This document shows, in pieces, positions 24,831 through 36,269 of a stretch of 64,000 nucleotides of DNA (its first letter is position 1; each line of letters opens with the position of its first letter). Source of the stretch: Podarcis bocagei. Taxonomy: Eukaryota. Where the stretch lies: NCBI GenBank assembly GCA_964188305.1, contig OZ076889.1. One strand, given 5' to 3'. The translations under genes and the position numbers were made by a program. The notes under the pieces are model-generated. The model had not been told where the DNA came from. It did no database searches and saw nothing but the letters and a program-made list of their open reading frames with translations.

Positions 24831-26208
24831 ATGCTTGTTTTTCTTTCTCAGCTGAGAAGACCAGTGAAGGACGAGGCTTTGCTTACGCAGAATTGCACCC
24901 TGTGTTCCGTTCCTCTTAAAGATAGCGGGTGCAACGAGCTGAATGAACTGTTTTCGGAGTCTGGAGTAGATTTAGGGCGGGGAAGGAAACAGAGGGGACA
25001 GCCCAGCATTGTATAATATTGGTATCTGTTATTTCGCGGTTAAGTTTTGGGCGAATGAAGAAACTGGATGGCAGGATTCCTTAATAAACAACCATTATTT
25101 GAGATAGGAATTATTTCTCTGGAATCCCAGTTTTGCTCTAAGTAGAACTCACGTCCTCCTTTTATTGAATGCTAGGGCACCGACCAACAGGTCCGCAGAT
25201 ACGTATTGTGCTTCTTTGCATAAAGCAGGCGTGGGGACCCGGTGTCCCCCTCTCCCAGACGTTGTTGACCCATAACTCCTTTCACCCCTGATCATTGACC
25301 ATGCTGGCTGGGGCTGATGGGAGTTGGAGTCCAAGAGTACCTAGAGGGGCGCCGCTTTACCATCTCAGGCTTAAAGGTTGCTTCATTCCGCGTACTTTTC
25401 CTGAATCATAAAAGTGAATGAATTGCAGCGCCATAAAATCCTCTCCTTTTTGAAACTGTGGCCTGAATCATCAGATTTGACCTCCAAATCAGTAAGAGAT
25501 CACTTTCGCTCTGGGAACGCATGATTCCGGGTGGGGGGAGATAGTTTTCTAATTTTCTAATTAATTTTCTAATTAAGCTAGATCAAAAGCTCTCGCACCA
25601 CTCCTTCAAGCAATACAGAGTTTGCAATTGCAGCCTTATCTATGGAACGGACTGGAAGATGACAGCATTCGCTGCATGTGTTTTCTGACTCCTAGGGGTT
25701 TTTAGTGCCTCCTTTCGGTCAAGCTCCGACTAAAACTTGAGAAAGTAACTGTGGGTGCTGGGTATTGTAGTCTTTTACGCAGTAGTACTGGAAGCCGCTG
25801 AGCCAAGCATGCTGCTCTATTTAAAGCAAGTCGGCCCCCCAAGGAGCTTCCGCAAAGTGCTTATGTGGCAAATGAGTGGGCGAGAGCTTACAGGCTGCGC
25901 GCTGCCGCATGTCCTAATAGTGTTAGCTGAGAACATGATTGGCGGTAGAGACTGCCGCAAAACCTGCCCCACGCATTCTAGCTGTGTTATTTCAGACATT
26001 CCTTTAAGCAGAACGGACTTTTTAGCACTGTACAGGAGTGGGCGAACTTCAGGCTTGTCAAATCTACTTTGCTGCTTTTCTCCTGGAACCCCGACCAGTC
26101 AAAACCAGGCACAAAAGACACACATTGGAATTGAAGAAGAGAGTTGCCTCTGAGCCTAGCCTAGGGATTTGTTTTTAGTACCAGAACCAACCTGAATTCA
26201 AAAGTCCT

Positions 26209-26210
<2 letters not shown>

Positions 26211-26245
<35 letters not shown>
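26211..26245. repeat. (CA)n microsatellite
   Basis: Seen directly. Confidence 0.95.
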
Positions 26246-26247
<2 letters not shown>

Positions 26248-26299
26248 CCACTTTCTTAGTTTTCATTTCAGCAACCTAACCTTATATAATTACTCATGT

Positions 26300-26604
26300 T
26301 CTTAACATTTGGTGGGAGGGGCGTTCCATAGGATGGGTGCCACTACCAAGAAGGCTCTCTGCCTGGTTCCCTGTAGCTTCACTTCTCACAGTGTGGGAAC
26401 CTCCAGAAGGCCCTTGGAACTGGATCTCTGGCCTGAACGATGGGGGTGTAGACGCTCCTTCAGGTATACGGGCCCAGGCCATTTAGGGCTTTAAAGGTCA
26501 GCACCAACACTTTGAATTGTGCTCGGAAACATACTGGGAGCCAATGTAGGTCTTTCAGGCCAGTGTTATATGGTCTTGGCGGCTGCTTTCAGTCACCAGT
26601 CTAG
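26300..26604 (-). mobile_element. L2 LINE fragment
   Basis: Similar to the L2 body at 22250-22510 (aaggctctctgcctgg...tttgaattgtgctcggaaac). Confidence 0.75.
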
Positions 26605-28559
26605 AACACCCTGCTCACAGTCTAAAATACGGCTGAATGGATACGTTTTCCTACCTAAGGTGGGGTAGCAAATGGCACCCCCCTCCCGGCCAAAAAAAGT
26701 CACAAAATTGGCTTAAAAGGAAAATTTCATATCAATAAGTATAGCAAACATCAAGACTACTTTTGCACCTGTCTTCTTTTTCCATAGGACTAAAGATTTG
26801 GCTGCCCCAAAGTACTGAGATAGAGCCAGAGAATTATATAGTTTAAGGTATATGTCCCATGGACTGCCAACATTGTTCCTTTAAGGTCTTCTCCTAGCAT
26901 CCATTAAGCCTCTGACCCCCTGACTGCACTTCCTGCTCTCTTGGTCATGAGGCTGGTTACCTTTTCCTTCCCTTGAATAGAGATGGAGGAGGAAGTTCAA
27001 AGAGACACTTTTTCTGGTTTCCTCTTTCAGTTCTATCTACTTTTCCGGGCTGATTAACTATACTGGATCTGACTTGGGAAAGCAAAAGATGTGCATCCAG
27101 TCTTTCAATGGGATGGACTGATCCTCAGAGGGGGGGAAAGAGATGTTCACAGTGGGGATGGGACCCAAAACTACCCCCCCAAAAAAACAACCCTAAAAAA
27201 GGTTGGTGACTATATCCTATGAATAGGCACACTGTGTTCTTCCTTCTTTTGGGGGGAGGGGGGCGTACATTTATTCATGAATAGATTACATGTGCAACCT
27301 GATCCTATCTAGGCTCAAAAGGAAGAGTTGGGGGCTACTGCTGTTGCCACCATCCCCAGCATCTGCTGCCTCCCCCTTTTTAAAAAATCTTTTTATTTAG
27401 TTTTAACAGTACAAAATTATATTAAAAAATCAATTACATATCCATATGATTCCTCCGAATCTCAGGACTTCCCCCCACCCCTTCACTGGAGTCCCATTTT
27501 AATCATTTAAAACTGCATCTTCTCCAAACTCTTATTATTTCAATCCATATTTTCCATGGTAATTGTTACACTACAAATGAAATCAAAGCATCTGCTGCCT
27601 TAGGCAGGTGCCTTTGCCTAATGGTAGAGCGAGCCCTGAAAACTAAACAATGAAGATTTTTAAAAAATGTGTTTTGCTTATGAAAGATGAGTCCCTGAAG
27701 TAGAGCTGCAGTTTAATCAACTGAAGGCTTTCCCCCTTCCTATCACTGTAGAAAAGTTATTTCCCCCTTCTCTCTCCACATTCCAAGGTTGGTACCTGCC
27801 ATCCTTTGTTCTTGGGCAGCGGAACAGGGACAGATGTTCAAAAGGTATCCCATGTGCTTGGAGGCATTGCTGCTCTGTATTGAGGAGTTGGCTTGGCGAG
27901 GAAAAAGGACAATCAGCACATGGAATATCTCCATATAAGCTGCTATTCTGCAGCATTGCTTGGTTGTAAAGCCCCACTGAAATTAGTAAGCCCTCCTCAG
28001 TAGCCTGACCCAGAAACTATTAATTTCATGCTTATGCAAGTTTAATCAACCAGCATTTATTTAATCTAGTGACAGCCCTAATAAAGCAGCACATGGGCAG
28101 TGTTAGCATTACATGCAAGTGTATATTACATATGAAACCTAAAAGGTGATCTCTCTGCCTCTTACAGCATGATAACTTTGTGGACGGTTTTTGCTTAGAA
28201 CCGGAGCTTGGGGCAAATAATTGGGAAATCCCTGCTTGTCATTTTGACTCAATTCTTTGCCCCCTTTGGGCTGCTAGGTTAAATGGTACAACAAAACAAA
28301 TGACTGACTTCCTATCAGTCTCATGTCTGCATCTACCGCCTCCTACCTTGCCCTCCAGAACCAACACTGCCTGCCCTCCTTTCCCCTTCTGGTAGAGCAG
28401 AGGCCCAGTTCTACTTTCTCCTTGGCTTGCTTTCTTCAGCACCATGGGGTTCCATCCAATGTTATCCCTGGGGTGATGAGTAAAGGCTTCCATCAGCAGA
28501 ACAGAGAGGGTAGGCTGTACCCCATTGCCTCTAGCGGTAGCATGAAGGAAAAGGCAATG

Positions 28560-28990
28560 AATGATGGCACCAACCAGGAACCATCTAGAGGAGGAGTTAG
28601 CTGCAGGAAACTCTCACTTCTCTTCTTGCTGCCTGAAAGAACACTCAGCTCCAGCTGACTGCTACACCCCAAGACTGCAAATGCAAGGAGAAAGAACACT
28701 CTGGCCCCATCCATCAGTCAAAGGAACAAAAACCACCAATTGCTTATTAAGCATGATCACTAGCAAAGGAAGATCAGCCTGGCCTGAACTGGATATAAAC
28801 ACCCTCTTAAACCTCATCACTTTGTTCTGACCTTGAATAACTTGATCTCCTTCCTCGATGTTTTCCTAGTCTGTTGTTTTTTCATTTTGTAAGCCTGATG
28901 TCAAGGGTTTCTCATTACTTACTTACTTATTTGAGCCACTTGGGAACTACAAGTGTTTGAAAATTGTGACTGAAATACAGTAAATAGATG
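28560..28990 (+). repeat. Unclassified interspersed repeat, copy 2
   Basis: Colinear similarity with 4960-5420. Confidence 0.55.
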
Positions 28991-29103
28991 CTTTTGTGCA
29001 AACTTATCCTAAGTTTAAAATAGAAGGTTCTTTAGACATTGGTACATGAAAACATATTTAAAGGCCCATTGCTACTGTCTGTGTTGCATCAGGATTTCTG
29101 GAG

Positions 29104-29105
<2 letters not shown>

Positions 29106-29151
<46 letters not shown>
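29106..29151. repeat. (CA)n microsatellite
   Basis: Seen directly. Confidence 0.95.
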
Positions 29152-29153
<2 letters not shown>

Positions 29154-29992
29154 AGGTCATGAGTCCATACTAAAAAAGGAAATCAGTATACATTTGACTG
29201 TCAACTTGCTTTTTAATTGGCTCGTGTCCTATTCTTGCTGCAGAAAATGGTTTGTACTTGGTTCTTAGGTAGTCACACACTCATGCAGTACTGAGGCCCA
29301 GACCTTCAGCAGTAGAACTGCATCATGTGCCTTCAAGACTGTTTTCTGGGCCTGGTGGTTAGAATATTCAAGTTGCATAGTAATTATTTTTAAGGGAGTT
29401 CAAGCTGTATACAATTGTGAAGATCACTCCTATTTATATAGCACTAAATTTGTAAAGGTCATTTCAGTCTTGTTAAACATAAGAGATAATAAATTGCCTC
29501 TTTTTATTTTCTTTATTTCTGAATATCTGTAACCTTAAGCCTCCTAGGTACTCATACCACATATTAACAGCAGTGATTACACAACCCTAGACAAAATTTC
29601 AGCAAGATGCAGTTCCTCCAGAATCATTTGTTACCTTTCACTAACCAATATTAAGACTCAGCATTTCAGTGTTTAAAATATGAAATTGAAGAATACCAGC
29701 AAGTCCCAAATGCAGCTGAACACAACTGCTTAACAAGAAGCACCTGCATGGATTAAATCTGAGACATTTATTTTCCACTATAGTTCATAGCAATGCATTT
29801 CCTGAAAGATGGGTGGGATGTTCAAGTATGACTGAGACACTAAAGAGTCAGAATGCTATGAAGGTGCCTCTCCAAATACAATTTTAATGTTTGTCATGAA
29901 TAGTGTTAAGGAAAAGCTCAGGTGGAAAAGCAAATTAAGAAGTGCTGGGTATTGCTGGGACTAAGTGACAGTTTCTTTGCAGACAACTACAA

Positions 29993-30055
29993 TTTATTCT
30001 ACCATAGTAAGATATATATTGCTAGACAAATACTTTAAACAAGAGCTTATTTATT
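29993..30055 (-). terminator. Candidate CSE1L polyadenylation signals (AATAAA at 30055-30050 and 29998-29993)
   Basis: tttatt on the plus strand, about 390-450 nt after the stop codon; another lies near 29767. Which one is used cannot be determined. Confidence 0.55.
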
Positions 30056-30442
30056 CACAATTCAGATAAATTTTTTGAGACACAAAAGAAATACAAATGA
30101 CAATAAACTGGAAAAAATAAGTGACAACATGAGTTTGCATCCAGTACTCTATACATTTTAAAATGGTACCCAAACACTGCAGATGTGGAACTTCAATCAA
30201 TCCCAAATGATAAACTCCTATTACTATTCCCTTTGAAAGCAAACTGGGAATGGGAAAGTCGCTTGCTTCTTTACCTATGATCACATGAACAAAGTATCAT
30301 TCAGCTTCTGTATCAAGCAGTAATTCAGTGATGTGTTTTTCGAAGTAGCAACTCGTTTCACCTTGTCCGAGCTTTGTTTAGAACAGTCAATATCAGCGTT
30401 CCTTGATGCAACTTTGAAATTCTCCCATTCAAAATAAAGAGG

Positions 30443-30532
30443 TCAGAGCAATGTTACACTTGCAGCCTGTAAGTATCCTTGAAGAAATTTCAAAGCTTCT
30501 GCATTCAGGCTAGTACTCAGCATCGAGGGAAC
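30443..30532 (-). CDS. CSE1L: CSE1L exon 25 (last coding, TGA at 30445-30443)
   Basis: VPSMLSTSLNAEALKFLQGYLQAASVTLL*. Confidence 0.95.
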   Translation of the reverse strand, partial: VPSMLSTSLNAEALKFLQGYLQAASVTLL

Positions 30533-31320
30533 CTTTAAACACAAGATAGAGTGGCACTATTAATATGCATCTAAATTACAGTACTTTAACATACCAGCAT
30601 GCAGGCATTCAGTAGTGCTTTAACATTTTAGTTTCTCCAAATCCTAAAGCGTTAATTGACTTGTGTGCATCTCAGCGTATACTTTCATATTATAGCTTCG
30701 TCTTGCAGTCAGCACTTAAGCTATTGCCTGCATCTACACACTTTGGTATCGTCGCTGCAAACAATGCGCAGAGCTAGCACAGCCTGAATCTGTTTCTAGT
30801 CAATAAGGACCAAGGGCACTTGTAAAACTCCCTAGTCCCTCAAACCACGGGGGCGGGGGCAGTGCCATGCTGCCAGGACTGTGGGAGGTTAACTTTGGGT
30901 GCAAGGAAAGGGAAAAAGATGGAATCATGTATGTGGTTATCCAGTTAGTCCAACCAGCATGAAGCTAGGTGGAAAGTTATGAACACACCTCTTCACCTTC
31001 TACCTGGTGAGTTAGTGCTTGGAGCAATGCCACAACCAAGTAACCATCCAGTTGCTGACTAGAGTTTGACAAATTAAGCCATATCAGAACCAGATAATCT
31101 GAAAGTGAAGCACGCTTTAGAAATCGCTCTTGCAGAAGCCTGGCACCCCAGTCCCCAACACATCTACAAAATCAGCACAACTGATTTCAACAGAGTGCGA
31201 TTATGAGCACGTTCATTCAAGATAGCAGTCAAAAAAGGAATCTTCCAATTTTGACACACTGCGTTTTCTAGGATAAGAGAATAGACTCAGGAGAGAGAAA
31301 CGATTCCCCACATTCATATC

Positions 31321-31368
<48 letters not shown>

Positions 31369-34300
31369 AGATTACAGCCACGCAATCTTACTCTGCCTGG
31401 ACACGCAGTTGATAACTTGTGAAGAGACTGTGCAAGATGGATTTTAGGATTGTTCACAATTTGGCCCACTGGATCGTGTTCTTTTTTCCCAGCAAAGGCA
31501 AGCTGGGAGAATGCAGTTTGGTACCCTGGCGTGTCTTCTATATCAATGAAGTGTTCTTCGTCAGGAAGGGTATCATCTTCAGGCAACTCAAAGAGACCAA
31601 TGAGGGCCTGAAGAAGGGGTGTCCTGTGGAGAAAACCTTTTATTTAATGGACTTATTTGTTGCTCGCTGCAAAAGAATCTAAGCAACTTACGAAAATTAA
31701 AATCTTAAAGGCGTAGCACAAAAACAATACGTTACAGCAAACCATTTCAAACCACCAAAGAAAACAGCCAATTTTCAGCAGCAGAATATTCCTTAGGCAG
31801 AGGACTACCTGGATCTAGTTATCAGAGCCAGAGCAGAAACTGGCAATGGAATGACACAAGCATTCAGAAAAACTGGAAAAAGCCTGTCCATACTCTGGCT
31901 GTTCTTCTATTTTGGACGGTGTCCAAGGAAAACAATGTACTTGCTCTTGTTTCCATTATGCTCCATACATTTATTTGTTTTCCTTATAATTCATATTTCC
32001 TCTACAATATAACCACTGCCTTGGTATAAATGCCCCTGGAACTGTTCCTGCCAAATTCATTGATATTGTTATAATTTGGCTATTATTGGAGGAATATTGG
32101 AAAACTAATAACAACTTATTTGGAACGGTTCCTGCCGGGAACACTTCTTATTGACAGCTGCACTCCAGCCCACCTTCTGCTCACACAAGCATTCAAGCTC
32201 TAGTCACTCCTGCTCCTGACTTGGCAATGTGGATTTTATTATTATTATTGTTGTTGTTATTTGTCTTAATCTAGAACAGGAGAACTTATATCTTATTAAT
32301 ACTTTTGCTCCCTGACTGAGGTGCATGGGAAAACCACTTTCAAAAGAGGAATATACAACCAAACCGATTGCTTCTCAAGTGCTAGGTGGGGACGGTGAAT
32401 GGTGGACACAAAACAAGCAGAGGGCTTAACTGCTGAGGACTTCTCCACTGATACTGACCAGAAGCCCATATTAACAACACAGAATGCGGTAATATATTCT
32501 GGTTACATATCATTAGTAAACTTCATTACTCTGAACTATGCTAGATTGCATGTGCTTCCTGACCTCACACACACATATTCTGCAAGATTTGTATCCTGAA
32601 AACACTGTCCCTAAACTGATCCCCTAAATTCTTTCAGACACAGCAAGATTGAATTCTCACCCCCAAGTTGGAATTCTTATCCTCTTATTCCTAACAGCAC
32701 AGCATATTTTGGCCAGCACATTTTTAAATCTTTTTTGAAATAGGAATGGAAGCAATGGAGGGAGGGAGAGGCCAACAGAGAGATTCCTTCCTTTGGCAAA
32801 TATCTCTGTTGCAACTGTTTAAGCAAAAACTAGCATATTCCCTGGGTAAGATAGAAATCTTTTTTTTAAGAGAGGAATTTCTTCTTCATCCTTAGAAGTT
32901 CTACCTTTCAATAATAAACTTTATCAAAGAAGTAACTGCACTTACCACAGCTTTGTGTATTCTGTGTCCATCATAGGAGGGCATTCTGTGAGTATTTTTG
33001 TGATACCAACGGCACAGATTTTCTTTTCTACTTGCCCAGATACTTTCTGTATTTCTGGTATTATGATTTTCTCTAAAACCATTCCAAACATCCTGTTAAG
33101 TGCCAAAAGAAACCCATTTAATCTTGCAGTATCCACCTAATGCATTTATTGGGTCAAGTACAGATAATTAGAGAAGCTAGAGATCCATTGACTCAGAAAT
33201 CTGAACACAAATCAGGCAGACCACTGAGCATTACCAAGGAAATGGTGTGTTATGAGTTCCTGGCTTAATCAGTATACCATGAGAGAAGAGCATTAAGAGG
33301 GCTCAACATTTCTGACTGAACAGTGACAGAGTAAAGGTGCCAAATCCAAAAAGTACCAAATTATGAGGGCATACTTAAGAGTTTGCTCCTGAGCCTTCCT
33401 TTGCCATCTTGAATTAAAGCTGCAAGTGCAAACAAAGAATCTTCCTTTGCAGCCAAAGTAGTTATTATTATTAATTAAATTTGTATGCCACCCTATACCC
33501 GTAGATCTAAGGACAGTTCACAGCCTAAACAACTTTTCAAAAGGGTGATTGCTCCTGGTTCTTCCTCTACAGTTTGCCACCTTGAATTAAAGCACATAAC
33601 TGTCAGGCCTTTATTGCAAGATGACACCAAATTAATTATGGCCACTTGTGAGGGGATCAATTGGTTTTGCTGCCCTAGGCTTTGCTGGGAGGAACGGTGG
33701 GATATGAATTTAATAAATAACCAAACAAATAATATATTTTCATATTCACTTTCAGCTCCGCTGCCTTCTTCCTGGGAAACAGAATGATACCTGAAAATAC
33801 AGCTATCAGTTAACCCTAGTATAGCCTGGTGCAGTCAGTGTGGTACAGTGGCTGCAGAGCTGGATTAGACCCCCGGAATACCAGGGTTCAAATCCCCATT
33901 TGGCCATGAGGCTCACTGGGTGGCCTTGGGCCATCCACCCCCTCCCAGCCTAACCTACTTCACAGGGTTGTTGTGAGAATAAAATGAGGAGCAGGAGAAC
34001 TGAGATGAAAGGCAGGATAGAATTGTAATAGTAAGAAATAGAAAGAAAACTAAAAAGAAAAGAAAAAGATACTAACTTTGGCTGTATACTGTCAAATATT
34101 TCTTGAAGTGCTATTGCTCCATATCTTACACAATACAAGTTGATAAAGACTAAGAAACCTATTAAAAGAAGAAGAATGAATCAGAAGCTGTAAAAGAGCA
34201 CGTATAGCAGTATTAATATGTGTCTCTCTCTTCTATAAAATCACAGTGAATAAGCATCTGTATCTTTCCTGCTATCTGTCGACAAAACTTCTTTGCTGGT

Positions 34301-36229
34301 TTCACAGGGTCTCTAGGACCCACCTGGCAAAGCTGTTATGCAGAGGGACCAACTGCATCACAAATCCCCACCAACCCAGCTCTTATACTAGGTAGGCACA
34401 AAGTTCAAGCTTCAATGAATATTCCTCTCTTTGCCTCCAAATCCTGTTACTCTGACCAATATGCCCTTTACAGTGGTACCTTCGGTTATGAATGGGATCC
34501 GTTCCGGAGTCCCAGCTGTATCCCAAAAATTTCATAACCAAAGGACCGCTTGTGCGCACGTGCGAGCGGCAAACCCACTTCTGGGTTTGCCACGGCCGTA
34601 ACCTGAACGTTACGCAACACAAGGTACCACTGTATTGCCATCTTTGAAATCAAATCAAAAGACAAGTGATGATTGTTCTGATCCAAAGCATGCTAAGCCC
34701 CTCAGGGCAGAGTTCTTCCCCAAATCTATCAGCCATAAAACAAATAGCTTACTTTTGATAAATTTTGTTGTTTTGGAATTCTGAAGTCTTTGGAATAACA
34801 GGATGAAAATTTGTTTCCTGTACTGATCAATGGATTCACTAGAAAGACAAAAATACGTTGAAACCGGTTAATCAATCCAGTAGACCATTTGAGTGTACTA
34901 TTTCTTAACTTTCTTTTGGCATATTTTGAGTACATCCGATGGGAGATCTACAATAATGCAAACTAATAGCAGCAAAATTACTTGAATTTGGTATGTTCAT
35001 ACTCACGGGGGCATATGTTCTATAATACTGTTGAGAAGGTAGAATCCTTGGTGGTCATTAAGTTTAGAGGCAATAAGTTTCTGGAACACACCCAAAAGTC
35101 CAGGCTGTAAATTAAGGAAAACACAAAGTTTTGCATCGGCCTCCACAGTCACAGCAGGCGCTGCAACGTTCCAACAGCTTGACCTCACCTCCAAAGGTGC
35201 ACTCCTCTGTTGTCTCCCAAGACAGACAGATGCCAGCAAATTATTAACAGTAAAATGATCTGGCAGCTACAAAATCTACCCAGAATGGAATTATGATGTA
35301 ACTGACTACCAGAGCACAACAGCCAATGAGTCTGGGAACTGATTTAACTCTGCCTAGTTAAACTTGCCTAGCAATGGGGTAAAAAACTGAGTTAAGATTA
35401 TTCAGGAATTTCAGATCATAGCTGGGTATTCAGCAGTGCTAGGATAGATTGAATGCACTACTGAAAAGTACTGCTTTCATGGGAAAGAAGTATCAAGCTC
35501 ATCTAATAATTTTATGGCTTATGTAACTAGCTTGCATGGCTTGGAAACAACAGGGAAAATATATAGCCATTCATTCTCTGTAAGTGACAAATGCCTAGCA
35601 TCAAGTGCAGATTAAGAATTTAAGTCCTGCAGGATCAGACCTAACTAGTCCCACATTCTGTTCCCTGATTGGCTACCCAGACCCCTATGGGAAGCCCATA
35701 AGAGGACATGAGCAAACCAGCACTCTCCAACAAACTGGAAGGGCTGCTTTTGGGGGCTGGCATCTTTATGAGAATTCTAAACGGAAACCCAGCCAGTAAT
35801 CTCTTCAGTCTGCAAAAATCTGAAGTCAGTAAGACTTCCATTCCCAAACATAATGAAAGTGGCTCTGGGGGCTGTAGGGGAGCCTCAGGTGGATCTCATT
35901 TCCTTCTCTGAATGAAAGCAGCATTTCCATTTGTGGAGGGGCAAATCTGAATCCATTCCAACATGAAAAGAAACTTGCTCAAGATAATACATTCAAAATG
36001 TGTCGTTTTCTACAATGAAGCATATGCATAGCATCTTTGAATTCTGCCTTCTAGGATCGCAGTCTGGCGCAGACTTTTCCCTTAGTGATAGCCATTAGAG
36101 TCTAATAAAGTTTTGTAACTTCACAAGCTAACTTGAATTAACAACTTGGATTTCCAGGGTGAGTAAAAGATAATTCATTCTTTCTGATATCTACTAACAC
36201 AGGAGAGGGTCTCCAACCTCTTTTTTATG

Positions 36230-36269
<40 letters not shown>

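Noticed and set aside
23853-25016. ORFs up to 267 aa across the STAU1 promoter
   Set aside because: Stop-poor CpG island; Arg/Gly/Pro-rich in all frames, no homology recognised.
28493-28714. Small ORF with a signal-peptide-like N-terminus (MDGARVFFLLAFAVLG)
   Set aside because: Lies antisense in the interspersed repeat also found near 5 kb; no promoter or splice support.
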